This document shows, in pieces, positions 26,329-37,260 of a DNA stretch of 64,000 nucleotides. The notes beneath the pieces are model-generated. The model was not told where the DNA came from, made no database searches, and was given only the letters and a program-made list of their open reading frames with translations. Numbering within the stretch: position 1 is the first letter of the stretch; each line of letters begins with the position of its first letter. Origin of the DNA: Rhodothermaceae bacterium bin80. Lineage in GTDB: Bacteria > Bacteroidota > Rhodothermia > Rhodothermales > Bin80. The position numbers and the translations under genes were made by a program. Location: positions 2,536 to 66,535 of the forward strand of contig MPNB01000007.1 of NCBI GenBank assembly GCA_002238805.1, written 5' to 3'.

Positions 26329-27165
26329 ATGCATCAACTGAAACGAATCGCTCCGACTACAAGTAGTCACGCGTTGGATCAGTATTTAACCAAGCCGGCG
26401 GTTGTTAGCCAATGCCTCGCTCAATTAGACGACCTTTCTCGTTTTGATCTGGTGCTTGAGCCAGCAGCAGGTGATGGTGCATTCCTCAACAAGATCAATC
26501 ACCCTAACAAGGTCGGGATCGATATAGATCCACAGCACGGGGATGTATTGAAGGCAGATTGGCTCCAATACGAAGTAGATGAGGAGTGGAAACGTGTGCT
26601 AGTCGTTGGTAATCCACCTTACGGGCGATACCATAAACTGTCATCTGCTTTCCTTCGACGGGCTATGTCATTTCCCAATATCCACACCATTGCTTTCATT
26701 CTGCCCAATGTGTACCGAAAACACACACGGCAGCGCATAATTCCGGAGGAATGGCGCATTGTGTCGATCACAGGTTTAGGGCGTGACTGTTTCACACTGG
26801 ACGGTGGGGACTATCATGTACCGACCAGTTTTTTTGTTATGGAGAAGTCAGAGGGGCCAGATCTAAGGGTTCGACTCCCCGATAAGGTTACGGGCACACA
26901 GGATTTTGATTTTGTCACGCGCAAAAATTTTGATGTATTCGTTTTTGGGGCCTCTCCTAGGCGTGTAATTACTAACCCTACGCCAAACAACAGGGGGTAT
27001 TATTTGAGAAGCAAGGTGCCGGTTCAGACATTGATTGAAAGAATCAAGAGTGTGAACTGGGAGGGTAATTCATGTGCAAATGGTGGGGTGTACTGGCTGA
27101 ACAAATATGAATTTGTCGAGCAGTATCAAGTCCATCATGAAGGGAATAGTACCAAGGCAGTCTGA
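26329..27165 (+). CDS. putative N6-adenine DNA methyltransferase (NPPY class), solitary
   Basis: SAM motif I is LEPAAGDGAF and the catalytic motif IV is VVGNPPYG, about 55 residues later. The protein is small (278 aa) and no nuclease gene is adjacent. Confidence 0.6.
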   Translation: MHQLKRIAPTTSSHALDQYLTKPAVVSQCLAQLDDLSRFDLVLEPAAGDGAFLNKINHPNKVGIDIDPQHGDVLKADWLQYEVDEEWKRVLVVGNPPYGRYHKLSSAFLRRAMSFPNIHTIAFILPNVYRKHTRQRIIPEEWRIVSITGLGRDCFTLDGGDYHVPTSFFVMEKSEGPDLRVRLPDKVTGTQDFDFVTRKNFDVFVFGASPRRVITNPTPNNRGYYLRSKVPVQTLIERIKSVNWEGNSCANGGVYWLNKYEFVEQYQVHHEGNSTKAV

Positions 27166-27168
27166 GTG

Positions 27169-28620
27169 TTAGCGAGACGTGAAAAGTCGCTCTGATCTTA
27201 TTGGGAGCGGCAGGGTGTCGTCAATTCGGTTGAGAGGAGCGTCCTCCCACTCCAGCTCGACATCACTCATCATCTCTCGCATACTTGGTTTCCCCTGAGC
27301 CTTCAGGAATGCATCAAGCAGTACAGGACCATCGGATTTTAGCAGGATCATCGCGCCGTTCTGGCGCAGATGCAAATCCCGGGTCACGTTTCCATCACGG
27401 TCCATTGCGCCAAAGTATCCAAGCGTACCCGTAGCCTCGGCAACGGTAGCAAATAACGCAATCCACCCACGAATCGTTTTTCGCTCGTCCGAATCCTCGT
27501 CGAATAGTTTGAGTGCAATGGCGAGCGCATCGATGTTCACTATGGTTTCCTGAGTGCTTTGAAAACGCTGGCGGGCTGAGAGTCGGGCCAATCCATTGTC
27601 CCGCAAGAATCCGCCGTTATGGGGGCCCGCTGAATAGATTCCCGGCACCCGATCAAACACTGCAGCATCAAGATAGGAGTACAGTGCATTATACAGACCA
27701 TTGTATAGTGACTGTGGAATAGCTTCACGCTCAACAGTTAGCAGTGCATGAAAAAATTGGAAAGCACTGCCATTTTTGGCAAGAGGGGTCTGAATAGTAT
27801 GTACACCTGTAGTTGAAGCTTGGTGCTCGCCCATGTAGTTGCGTTGCTCTGCGATCATACTGCGCCATGAAATTCGTCCTGCATTAGTGTCCGGTACCTC
27901 AGATGTACCGCCGATAGCGTAGGACAATACGAAAGCTATACTCGCGTAATAGCCGCCAAAAATCAGATCCATGTGTGTGGGACTGAGACCAAAGACACTC
28001 GCATCTGCATCGAACGGAAGAAACCCTTGTCCTTGTGCGAGAGCTTGATTGTAGCCCGATTTTTGTTTCTCCAGAAAAGTCAGAGCTTTATCCGCGGTGG
28101 ACGTTCCATTGAATCGTTGTGCCGCCATTGCCACACGTGCAGCCAGAACAGCATTATCCACGATCGAATATCGGGTTGTGGCCGGCGTGACTGTACCATT
28201 CGCTAGACTTAGGCGCGGGATCATATTGCGGTAATTCCTTGGTGGCCGATCAGATATTTGCGCTGTGAGGATCTGTGTAAGGAGGGCATCGACTTCATCC
28301 ACTCGCAGTGGTTCGTCCACCAGTTGCTGGAGGCGATAGGCTATGGCAAGGGGATCAGTTTCAGCAGAGGGTGAGCCATTCTTGATTGCGCTGAAGGGCA
28401 GTTTGGTTGTAGGGTCGATGCCTTCGTTGTAATAACGTGTATTGAACGAGATGAATTCATCCTCATTAATTTCCGGACCATCAAAAAGCGGCGCGGGCTC
28501 GTCTAATCCTAAATCTGAGCAGCCAGCTGCAAGGGCGGCCCCACAGGCCGAGAGCTTCAGGAAATCACGTCGTGAAAGATGGTTTTTAGGTTGCATTGGC
28601 CGTACCAGGCTTCGGAGCAA
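27169..28620 (-). CDS. Tat-signal lipoprotein, function unknown (possibly an alpha/alpha-barrel glycoside-hydrolase-like fold)
   Basis: The N-terminus is SRRDFLKLSACGAALAAGCS. The 483-aa ORF has a coding-like composition. The fold guess is weak. Confidence 0.6.
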   Translation of the reverse strand: MLRSLVRPMQPKNHLSRRDFLKLSACGAALAAGCSDLGLDEPAPLFDGPEINEDEFISFNTRYYNEGIDPTTKLPFSAIKNGSPSAETDPLAIAYRLQQLVDEPLRVDEVDALLTQILTAQISDRPPRNYRNMIPRLSLANGTVTPATTRYSIVDNAVLAARVAMAAQRFNGTSTADKALTFLEKQKSGYNQALAQGQGFLPFDADASVFGLSPTHMDLIFGGYYASIAFVLSYAIGGTSEVPDTNAGRISWRSMIAEQRNYMGEHQASTTGVHTIQTPLAKNGSAFQFFHALLTVEREAIPQSLYNGLYNALYSYLDAAVFDRVPGIYSAGPHNGGFLRDNGLARLSARQRFQSTQETIVNIDALAIALKLFDEDSDERKTIRGWIALFATVAEATGTLGYFGAMDRDGNVTRDLHLRQNGAMILLKSDGPVLLDAFLKAQGKPSMREMMSDVELEWEDAPLNRIDDTLPLPIRSERLFTSR

Positions 28621-28977
28621 CGATATTGTTAAGGAAACTTACGACAAGTAGTTCAATGGACTCCGATTGGTCATTTAATATCTCAAGGACTAAGGCACAT
28701 GCAGTCGTGGCTGGGGATGTAACACATGCAACGTCCACATCCGGCATTATAGACGCAACTGCTATCCATCCGAACGACTAAAATCATAACAGGGCCAAAA
28801 GATAAAAGAGTATGTTACCCGAGAAGATCCCCGTCGTCTATGGTCTCTGGTGGAGAAGTGCCTAACAATAGTGATCCCAATGAAGCCTATATTGGGCCGC
28901 AGGGGCAGCTTCGACAAATATCACCAGTCAGTGCGAGCTCCAGACCATTAAAATTCAGCTAATTAGACCGAGAGATC

Positions 28978-29757
28978 GTGCAGTTAAAAGATAAGACGAT
29001 AATTGTCACAGGGTCAGCAGGTGGTATAGGTCGAGCTATTGCACTTGCTTGCGTCCAGGAGGGTGCGCAAGTGCTTTTAGTGGATCGTAATGAGGTTGGC
29101 CTGCGTGAGACGAACGAGATATTGGGGCAGCGCAGCAGCGTGTATGTTGATGATCTATTGGATACCGCATCTGCGACTCGTATTGTCAAAGCTGCGGTGG
29201 ATCGTTTTGGCGTGCTTCATGGGATAGTGAATAATGCAGCGCTCTTAACAAGATCCAACATTGAAACCACGACCCCGGAGCTTCTTGCAAGGGTGTTTAA
29301 AGTAAACGCCAGGGCCCCAATGCTTCTGATCCAGGCAGGACTTAAGTACCTAACTGAAAGTAAGGGAAGTGTCCTCAATATCGGGTCAGTTAATGCGTAC
29401 TGTGGAGAGCCACCGCTGTTGGCCTACAGTATGTCCAAAGGTGCCTTGATGACCATGACGCGGAATCTGGGGGACAGCCTGCATGCGGAATACGGGATAC
29501 GGGTGAATCAGATCAATCCGGGTTGGGTTCTGACCGACCACGAGTTCGAGATCAAGGTGGCCGACGGATTACCGGAAAACTGGCCGAGCCGAATACCGCG
29601 CGATATAGCTCCCTCAGGAGGATTGGTCCCTCCTGAAACCATTGCTGCAGCTGCGGTCTATTGGCTGAGTGATAACTCCCGCCCAATAAGTGGTACGGTT
29701 ATGGATTTAGAACAATATCCTGTTATTGGACGGAATCCTGTTAAGGAGGTAGTGTGA
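28978..29757 (+). CDS. SDR family oxidoreductase
   Basis: Motifs are VTGSAGGIGRAIA (TGxxxGxG), NNAA and YSMSKGAL (YxxxK). The start codon is GTG. Confidence 0.9.
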   Translation: MQLKDKTIIVTGSAGGIGRAIALACVQEGAQVLLVDRNEVGLRETNEILGQRSSVYVDDLLDTASATRIVKAAVDRFGVLHGIVNNAALLTRSNIETTTPELLARVFKVNARAPMLLIQAGLKYLTESKGSVLNIGSVNAYCGEPPLLAYSMSKGALMTMTRNLGDSLHAEYGIRVNQINPGWVLTDHEFEIKVADGLPENWPSRIPRDIAPSGGLVPPETIAAAAVYWLSDNSRPISGTVMDLEQYPVIGRNPVKEVV

Positions 29758-30035
29758 TTCGTTTTTTTTGTGATCCTTAGGATGGCTAAGGGCCCCATGT
29801 AGGTGCAGCGAATGGGAACTCGACTTCCGTGGTGGAGATCTTCCGTTAGCCGGGTTCAAAGTTCAGGCGATTTGCGATTATTTGAGAATTGAGTTAAAAT
29901 TTTCAAGTACCGTTGCCGGCATGACAAACGAGTTTTCGATAATAACACAGCGACCACGAATGTATGGAGTGCAAGAATCAGGCAGGACTCATGAGCTGCC
30001 GTACGACAAGGGTAGGACTAGTTTAGTTGTCAGGT
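29262..30035. repeat. left copy of the direct repeat bracketing the defence island (intact 3' end of the SDR gene plus ~280 bp downstream)
   Basis: It aligns by eye with 39893-40425, for example ccggagcttcttgcaagg, ctcaatatcgggtca, atgtccaaaggtgc, gatggctaagggcccc, ctcgacttccgtggtggaga, agttttcgataat.acacagcg and atgagct.c.gta.gacaaggg. Confidence 0.8.
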
Positions 30036-30257
30036 TCCGGTTATTCGGGGTCGAATGATCTATATTTCGATTAGCACGTAGCTCAATCGAATACGTTTAG
30101 GCAGGATTGAGAACACGGAAAGTTTGAGCCCAATGAATGTCAAAACTCGATCATCTGGTAGCTTTCTTGATCCAAATTTCTGGCACGGCAGACTTATGGA
30201 CAGACTGAATATCTCTTCGAGTGTAAAAAAGCTACGCAATCGTATGCAGAGTTTAGA

Positions 30258-32087
30258 TTATGTATCAGGTGAGATTCCCTCCTTTGTTGGCATGAAGTAG
30301 CACCAGAAATCTCCGGTCAATTGTTTGTCTATTTCGGGTAAATATCGTTCGAGATAAGTCCAGAAGTCTTCCTTCTTTGCCCATTCGGAAGGGTTCTGAA
30401 TTGGCCTATCATCGAGATACAGGATATTCTTGGCAGTTTTTGCGATCAGGGCAAGTTGGCTTACAAATGAGTCGTTGACAATTTGCTCTTTCCAGACCTT
30501 TCGGTAATTTAGGACCATATCTCTATTTTTCCCAAGAGAACTGGCTGTTGAGAGCGTATAGGCAACGATATTGGCCCGGTAGCCACCTCGATTGCGGTAC
30601 CAATCCTGACGTGAAACCATGCGTTCGGTAGCCTTGAAAACGATGCCGCGGGCAATGATCCGTTGATAATAATCTTTACTGAATTGTTCAGAAGATTCCT
30701 CCCACTTCTCTTCTATTCGCTGCATGTACCGGATGAAATTCTTCTGTGCTCCCAGATTTACCCAATGTGGTTTTTCATCCCAGACATTTTCGAATTTAGC
30801 GAGGTCGGTTTTTGTGATTTTTTTGGGATACTTAGCCCTGAAGCGCTTCTTTTCTGCATGTGTTAGTCTGGATTGTGCGTCTGCATACTGCCCCCGAGAG
30901 CGTTCATAGAACCACTTAGTTTCGTTTAGTTCACCTTCAATAGCGGGTGCCCATATGCGCCGCGAGAGTTTTTCTATTTCAATATGGAATGGATGGTTTG
31001 ATCGGAGATCCGGGATGCTTACTTTGTTCTGTGTATTCGCATATTTAGCGATATTCTGTACTACTTCTGGACCAAGGTTATCACTGATCTCGGAAATTTT
31101 CATCTGAACAAAAACCTGTGATAGATCCGGAGCATTTTTTAATTGGGATGTGTGATAAAGTGATACCATTGTCTGTCCTCCATTCACAATCTGGAGATCA
31201 CGAATATGAATGATTTGACTCCTGTCTTCATTGAGCTGTATATCCCGTGCGGTGGCGGTTATGCCATTGTTGTAGGCAAAAAATCTGTGTGGTTCCTTCA
31301 GAATCGTGTTACGAATTCCCTTGTTCACATTTCCGCGTGCCTGCAGGAAGCAACGCACGTTCTGCTCCAAAAGGCGGGCTCCATATTCTTCATACAAACC
31401 AGCTAGGATTTTTCCAGAAATAACGGCAAGATATGCTTGAAAAGCGTTGGAGCCCACATGTGCTCTAAGACAGGGTAACCCTCGTTCAAACACGGCAAAA
31501 AGGTCCACATCCAGTGGCTCCCGCCCGCCCCGTGAACAGTGTTGGCGATGCAGGCGTGAAATATCCCAGATAGAGTAAACCGCTTTAACACCGCTCAAAT
31601 CCTGATTTTCGATTGCCTTACTGTGAGTACTGAGATATCGCTCGGAAGATAAAATGAAGTTGACGCGTCGAATCCGGTCCTTTTGATCATAGATCCTGCG
31701 AGCCAATTGATACTCAGGTGATGTTTCATCAAAATCCAGGTAGAGTAGATCATTTTTCGAAGTGAGGAAAAACCGGCGAATTTGTTTGAACCCATTTTCA
31801 TAGTCTCTCTTATTGAGTGGTTCAAGGGTTTGTCTGTTCTCAAAATCTGCAAGATGTAAATCCAGGATAGTCTTCCCTTCATGGAAAAAGTATCCGTCGA
31901 CCTTCATACTACCCCTACGGCCTCGACGGTAATGGCAGTGTTCAAATCCATGTAAATCACCAGTTTCAATCAACTCTTCCGAGACTTTGTCAAGAAAAGC
32001 ATTGCGCTGAAACTCCCCATGGGTTTTTGCATCAATCTGTAATTGCTGATGGAACTCCTTAAAATACTCGTCACGTGTCATTTGCAT
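30258..32087 (-). CDS. AIPR (abortive-infection phage-resistance) family protein
   Basis: The 609-aa product has the typical AIPR N-terminus (TRDEYFKEFHQQLQIDAKTHGEFQRNAFLDKVSEELIETGDL) and core (FAYNNGITATA, IVNGGQT). Confidence 0.8.
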   Translation of the reverse strand: MQMTRDEYFKEFHQQLQIDAKTHGEFQRNAFLDKVSEELIETGDLHGFEHCHYRRGRRGSMKVDGYFFHEGKTILDLHLADFENRQTLEPLNKRDYENGFKQIRRFFLTSKNDLLYLDFDETSPEYQLARRIYDQKDRIRRVNFILSSERYLSTHSKAIENQDLSGVKAVYSIWDISRLHRQHCSRGGREPLDVDLFAVFERGLPCLRAHVGSNAFQAYLAVISGKILAGLYEEYGARLLEQNVRCFLQARGNVNKGIRNTILKEPHRFFAYNNGITATARDIQLNEDRSQIIHIRDLQIVNGGQTMVSLYHTSQLKNAPDLSQVFVQMKISEISDNLGPEVVQNIAKYANTQNKVSIPDLRSNHPFHIEIEKLSRRIWAPAIEGELNETKWFYERSRGQYADAQSRLTHAEKKRFRAKYPKKITKTDLAKFENVWDEKPHWVNLGAQKNFIRYMQRIEEKWEESSEQFSKDYYQRIIARGIVFKATERMVSRQDWYRNRGGYRANIVAYTLSTASSLGKNRDMVLNYRKVWKEQIVNDSFVSQLALIAKTAKNILYLDDRPIQNPSEWAKKEDFWTYLERYLPEIDKQLTGDFWCYFMPTKEGISPDT

Positions 32088-33058
32088 TTGTTCATATTCC
32101 AGATAGTTTCAATTGGACAAATAAAAGGTTCTGCGGCATCAATCTGTAGTGTATATCTTACATTTTGAAGCCCTCTAGACAGTTCGGATCGGACAATTCG
32201 AGGGAACTCATCAGTAATCCGATAGACACATGTTTCAGCAACTTGAAATGAAGGGCTGTCGTAGTGCTGGAGTTCTGCATAACCTGCTGTAGCCAGTTTA
32301 ATCTGATACTCATCGAGTGTAGAATCCCCGCTCAGATCGTTTTCGATTCTCCGTACCATTTCGTTGAGAGACAGGGCAGCGGGTAACTCAGTGCTCTCAA
32401 TAATGCGTTCTACCGTCAAAAACAGCCACTCGGCTGGGCTTTCCAACTGGTCCTCAGAGGAGATATGGACAAGATTAGGACCTTTGTTCGAAATTGCTTT
32501 TATCTCCACAGCCGCGTTCTCGAATACAAAGTCCTGATTCCCACCCTTTGGTCCGATCCATGCATCCAACGCATCACTCTGGCTGAGCTTATTGATGTAG
32601 AGGGACCGAAGAAAGTACAGCTCTGCAAAAAGGCCTCTCACCTCAGCGGGCGACAAAAGTTGAGGTCTTTCCCCAGCAAGAAACCGTTGCCAGCGCTTCA
32701 ATTGATTCAGTGCGGTCGTCAGAGCAGTTCTGGAGTCAGACGTATTGCTGAGACTCCGCACCAGCGTTTTGCATAGAGCATGGAACAGGTCAAGATTGAT
32801 ATGGCTGACCAATGTTATGATCAAGGTTTGTGCATGGCTTCTGGGGCGCTGCCGAAGATCAATATCAATTCCCTGAATGTTCATATTTGCTTTGAAGAAA
32901 GCATTTCGGTGATCTCCGTCAAGTTCAGCAACCAGGAGACAGTGTCCGTGTACGTCTTTACCCCAATAGATGGGAAGCAGTCCATCAGCATTGATTCTTC
33001 GGACGTTGTAGTCTACATTTGGCTGCTGAATGTCGTCCCAAGGAGTGGAATAGGCCAT
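32078..33058 (-). CDS. PD-(D/E)XK motif protein (DUF4420-like nuclease fold)
   Basis: The 326-aa product carries a candidate nuclease motif, GGNQDFVFENAAVEIKAIS (D...E.K). It overlaps the AIPR gene start by 10 nt. Confidence 0.7.
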   Translation of the reverse strand: MAYSTPWDDIQQPNVDYNVRRINADGLLPIYWGKDVHGHCLLVAELDGDHRNAFFKANMNIQGIDIDLRQRPRSHAQTLIITLVSHINLDLFHALCKTLVRSLSNTSDSRTALTTALNQLKRWQRFLAGERPQLLSPAEVRGLFAELYFLRSLYINKLSQSDALDAWIGPKGGNQDFVFENAAVEIKAISNKGPNLVHISSEDQLESPAEWLFLTVERIIESTELPAALSLNEMVRRIENDLSGDSTLDEYQIKLATAGYAELQHYDSPSFQVAETCVYRITDEFPRIVRSELSRGLQNVRYTLQIDAAEPFICPIETIWNMNKCK

Positions 33059-33097
33059 AAATTCGGTTTAGACTAGCTTCGTTTTCATGATCAGGTT

Positions 33098-35779
33098 TTA
33101 ATCTTCACCGACATCGAAATCATCATCGCGCATGCCATGGGTGGCAAATAATTCCAACCGGATGTAAACTGGATTTGCTACGATCTCCACCTCGGTGATA
33201 TAATCATCTGGAGGAAAGCTCATGCCAATTGTTGGAATACGGATATTTTCCAGTGACGAACCGGTTTTTCCAGTCAAGACATGTATCATAAGAAGGGGGC
33301 ATGTTCGAGTTGCACGATAATCCGCGTCAATGACATTTCCTACGCGATTATTCTGTTTTGCTCGATCAAAGGCTTCATACACTTGTTCCTTTGAAAGTCC
33401 AAGTCCTTCGTCTCCTCGGCTTGCGGCCCGACCTTTATTCAAAACCCACTTCCCGTCTTTAATCGTAGATTTTCTCTCTTGGGCTCCCAAGTGTAGTAAT
33501 TTGGATGGATCCTCTCTACTTTCAATCGAAACCAGAACGACATCACATGTCTGATATTTATCAGATGTTTTCCGCAAATAATTGATAACACCGGTCTTTT
33601 TGTGTTCGAGAGACTTATCAGTGGTGAATTGAGTTAGGAAGCGCTCAACCTTCTCTGTAGGAACATCGCGCACGATCCATCCCTTAGTACTTCCCTTACC
33701 CGGTCTCTTTGCGCGCTCACGGTTTTCCTCTGTCCACGTCTCCAATATGAGTTCTTCATTTTTGGAATTCAGAACAGGGTCCGTGGGCAGAATTGTGAAT
33801 TCCTGAAGTCGTCCGCTATAATTATACCGCAGAGTGCGCTTCTCCGCATCTTGCATTTTCCTTGGTGAAGTAATCAGAAGCTGATCGGGATGCGTTTCCA
33901 CATATAGTCCAAATTCCCTGGGTGTCTTGCCCATTTGGCGCATATCGCGAACCTGATCTACCAATTCGCGGGTAGCTTCAGCTACATGTGAATACCACGA
34001 AATTGCATCTCCAGAGAGATGGACACGGCAAAGGTCGTCGTATCCAAGCCGGTATCCAAACCATCGTCCCATCTGCATCAGGGTATCGTACATACGGGTG
34101 TTGCGATAGACATAGCTCACGCATAATCCTTCAATAGTGAGTCCACGCGAAAGACTCAATCCTCCAACTGCGATGGCTGTAAGTCCACTTCCACTGGCTT
34201 CATGTTTCTTATAGTCCAACCTGTCATCAGACTGACCGTTAATCATAAACAGGCGGGTACTGGTTGCTGCTTTTTGGAGTTCAGCCTTGACATCTACCCA
34301 AGAGTGACCACAATACGGGAATGCCCGGTCGAAAGCCTTTTTCAGCTTTTGCATGCTTGCATTGCGGGAGGAAATTGGATCCCGCATTGCGTAATTCGCC
34401 TGCACAGCCTCTTTGACTTCTCTCAGATATATGCTTACCAAATCACGGATTTGTTTTTGCACGTTGACAAATCGAGACACATTGATCATCATGGAACAGT
34501 GGTGTGCCTGATAGCCCCGTAGGTTTCGAATGGCTCTTGCAACGATGAATTCGTTTATGGCTGTGTATAGGCTGGCAGGGAGCACAGAAATTTCATGATC
34601 TTTCTTGTGGCTCAAAGGCAATACATCATCGCAGTCGGTGACCGGGATGGTCACCTGACTGGGGACATCTTCAGTAAGAAACACTCTCTCTGGTCCAAAG
34701 TAGGTGGTTGGCGCATCTAGGAAGTAGATAAAATCGCGGGGGAACAGATCATCTCTCACCTCGTCATCGTAAGCATCCGGGTTAATGAAAATGTTTGCAA
34801 ACGGTGTGGCGGTGTATCCTACGAAGCTGGACTTTGCAAACAGTCTCAGGATCTGTCGGATTAACCGATTGGTCCGGGTGGGATCATGCTCAAGTTTGTT
34901 CGTGTTGATCGAAGCATGATCTGCTTCGTCATCAATCAGAAGCATCGGGACTGTTTCGATTTGGTCAGCCCCTTGGGCGTTCATATCCTTCAGCCAGTGA
35001 TAGAGGGAGGTCAACACATTCACGTTTTTTTTGACGACCAGAATAATCGGTCTGCTAAAGTCATTGAGTCGCCACCCGCTTTGTCGGGCTACTTGCTTAT
35101 TAAAATCGTTGCTAACGTTAGTAAGTGTTACTGGGTGAGGGAATTGAGAGGTTCGCCCCAGATCAGTTTTTCCAACGCCAATTATTTGTCTTGATTCCGA
35201 GTGCCGCCCTACAAATCCCTCGTCAATGCGCTGTTGAGTCTGGCTTCGGAGCACATTATGGATTCCGGCGATCACAATGATGAACTTGTATCCTGCGTCC
35301 GCAGCCCGGGTGATCAGTGCAAGATAGTTTGCTGTTTTCCCCGACTGTACATTGCCAATCACCAAGCCACGCCGGTCCCATATGCCATCAGAGATCGGGT
35401 TCTGCAACATTCCGAGGATTTTCTCACTCACGTCTCGCAGTGACTGGCACATCCTATTAGACCATCCAGAAGAGTCCAAATAGTCGAAATAAGCATCCGA
35501 ATAGATCCAATCAATGTTTGTGCGTTTGTTAATCCAGTCAGAATCATGGCCGGTGTCCTTCTGAATCAGGGAAACTCCACTTCCCATCCGGGTAGTGATT
35601 GCCATAAGTGCCCGGTCAACGATCGGTTTCAGGTTTCCTCCATATCCAAAGGGTTTTGCAAGCTGCTCTGCTTTGGATCTGGCTTCCTCATTTGATGGCG
35701 TAGAGTCAAAAGCATGATTTAGAGCCTTAATCAGCGTGCTCACAAGGTCATTTTCCAATTCAAGCGTATGTGCCATCAT
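33098..35779 (-). CDS. Z1 domain protein (SF2 helicase/ATPase-like)
   Basis: Walker A is GNVQSGKTANYLALI and the DEAD-like Walker B is LLIDDEADHAS. The preferred start is the ATG at 35779, which forms an ATGA overlap with the upstream stop at 35776-35778. The track ORF begins at a TTG at 35818. Confidence 0.8.
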   Translation of the reverse strand: MMAHTLELENDLVSTLIKALNHAFDSTPSNEEARSKAEQLAKPFGYGGNLKPIVDRALMAITTRMGSGVSLIQKDTGHDSDWINKRTNIDWIYSDAYFDYLDSSGWSNRMCQSLRDVSEKILGMLQNPISDGIWDRRGLVIGNVQSGKTANYLALITRAADAGYKFIIVIAGIHNVLRSQTQQRIDEGFVGRHSESRQIIGVGKTDLGRTSQFPHPVTLTNVSNDFNKQVARQSGWRLNDFSRPIILVVKKNVNVLTSLYHWLKDMNAQGADQIETVPMLLIDDEADHASINTNKLEHDPTRTNRLIRQILRLFAKSSFVGYTATPFANIFINPDAYDDEVRDDLFPRDFIYFLDAPTTYFGPERVFLTEDVPSQVTIPVTDCDDVLPLSHKKDHEISVLPASLYTAINEFIVARAIRNLRGYQAHHCSMMINVSRFVNVQKQIRDLVSIYLREVKEAVQANYAMRDPISSRNASMQKLKKAFDRAFPYCGHSWVDVKAELQKAATSTRLFMINGQSDDRLDYKKHEASGSGLTAIAVGGLSLSRGLTIEGLCVSYVYRNTRMYDTLMQMGRWFGYRLGYDDLCRVHLSGDAISWYSHVAEATRELVDQVRDMRQMGKTPREFGLYVETHPDQLLITSPRKMQDAEKRTLRYNYSGRLQEFTILPTDPVLNSKNEELILETWTEENRERAKRPGKGSTKGWIVRDVPTEKVERFLTQFTTDKSLEHKKTGVINYLRKTSDKYQTCDVVLVSIESREDPSKLLHLGAQERKSTIKDGKWVLNKGRAASRGDEGLGLSKEQVYEAFDRAKQNNRVGNVIDADYRATRTCPLLMIHVLTGKTGSSLENIRIPTIGMSFPPDDYITEVEIVANPVYIRLELFATHGMRDDDFDVGED

Positions 35780-37260
35780 GTCTGCCTCCCCCCCAGATAG
35801 TTCTCTACGATGTTCCAATGCTGATCAAAGAGATGTGTCGTTCGGATGAAATCACGAAACTTGTCTGCGTCAGAGCATATACGCTCCGGAAGAGTGTCGC
35901 TCAGCAGCTGAAGTCGCTCCATGACGATTTTTTCTTTTCTGCTTAACGTGTGGACCTGCTTCGGATCATCATTCCAGTCAATGCTGATCATCTCCACTGG
36001 AAGATCTTCTCCAATTCTATCGAGGAGCAGCTTCAGTTGCGATTGCCCGACTTGATTCAGTTGCTGATCCAATTCCTGTACCAGCGGATGATCTGCATTA
36101 AGCACATAGCGGACTCCTTTGGTCGAATCAGAGAACCTCTCCCACAGTGGATATGGATTCTTTTCCGAGATTAGCCGCTGTCCCCGTCCCGTGTAGACCC
36201 TCTTGCTTCGGATAGTAATTTTATCCAAAATCTGGTTTAGACGATCACGGACCGGGCGGGGAGGCTGAACGCGCGATTTTTTAATATCAATGGTCCACCA
36301 GCGATCAAGAGAGCTGGGAAAATCAATCCGAACTCGTGCCAGTTGGGCAGCTTTATTTTTGGAAATAAGCCGAAACCATCCTCCCCATGCAACCAGACGG
36401 CAATTCCGATACACATAAACTCCCTGGTTTTCAAAAAAACTGCTGTAAGTCTTGTAGAGGTCGTATTTCTGCACAGATAGTTTGCTGTGATGGGGTAGGA
36501 TATATCCTTGCAGCCGAACCTCATGAGATCCAATGGAAATGCGTTCAAGCGGTAGACGCTGCGTAGCTGTATGATCTCGACAAAATGGATCAAAAGCCTT
36601 AACACGGTGCCCATTTACGGATATTTTCAACCGACTGCACCAAGGGACATCTCCCTTCATGAATTGGTGAAACACCAGCGCAAGATGTTGTGTAACCGCA
36701 GCCAATTTCTTGCTTACAATCCGTTGCCGTTCCTGTCCTTTGGTGTTTCCGAAAAGCCGATCCAGATTACGCCAAAGAACTAGCGTCCCCTGCTCGGGTA
36801 ATTCATCAAAGAATGGGAGGCTGTAAATCTCTTCCTCATCCAGAAGGGAGATAATCCAGTCGTCCGAGTGTTCCACTACATCAAGATTCCATTCGGCCGC
36901 GTTTAGCTGGCCGTTTTTTCGACTCACAACGGTAAGATGCCTGCATTGGGATAAGGAGGCTGTTTTCAGACCCAGTCCAAACTTTCCGAGATCATGAGAA
37001 GATCTCATTCGATTTCGGTCAGCACCGCCATGCCGCATGGCATGGATGATTTCATTATTCCCCATTCCCTGGCCATTATCAATGATGGCCAGCGTAGGCT
37101 GGTCGGCATCCGGGATGCAGTAAACATCTATTTTTCCTGCGCCGGCTGAAATGCTGTTATCCACCAGATCCGCGATCGCAGTTTCGAGTGAGTACCCGAT
37201 ATCACGCATGGACGCAGACAGGGATGCTGCACTTGGCGGGAGGCGTATTTCACGTGGCAT
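35776..37260 (-). CDS. GHKL (HATPase_c_3, MORC/MutL-like) ATPase
   Basis: Bergerat-fold motifs are present: N-box IADLVDNSISAGA, G1 IIDNGQGM and G2 GKFGLGLKTAS. Confidence 0.85.
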   Translation of the reverse strand: MPREIRLPPSAASLSASMRDIGYSLETAIADLVDNSISAGAGKIDVYCIPDADQPTLAIIDNGQGMGNNEIIHAMRHGGADRNRMRSSHDLGKFGLGLKTASLSQCRHLTVVSRKNGQLNAAEWNLDVVEHSDDWIISLLDEEEIYSLPFFDELPEQGTLVLWRNLDRLFGNTKGQERQRIVSKKLAAVTQHLALVFHQFMKGDVPWCSRLKISVNGHRVKAFDPFCRDHTATQRLPLERISIGSHEVRLQGYILPHHSKLSVQKYDLYKTYSSFFENQGVYVYRNCRLVAWGGWFRLISKNKAAQLARVRIDFPSSLDRWWTIDIKKSRVQPPRPVRDRLNQILDKITIRSKRVYTGRGQRLISEKNPYPLWERFSDSTKGVRYVLNADHPLVQELDQQLNQVGQSQLKLLLDRIGEDLPVEMISIDWNDDPKQVHTLSRKEKIVMERLQLLSDTLPERICSDADKFRDFIRTTHLFDQHWNIVENYLGGRQT

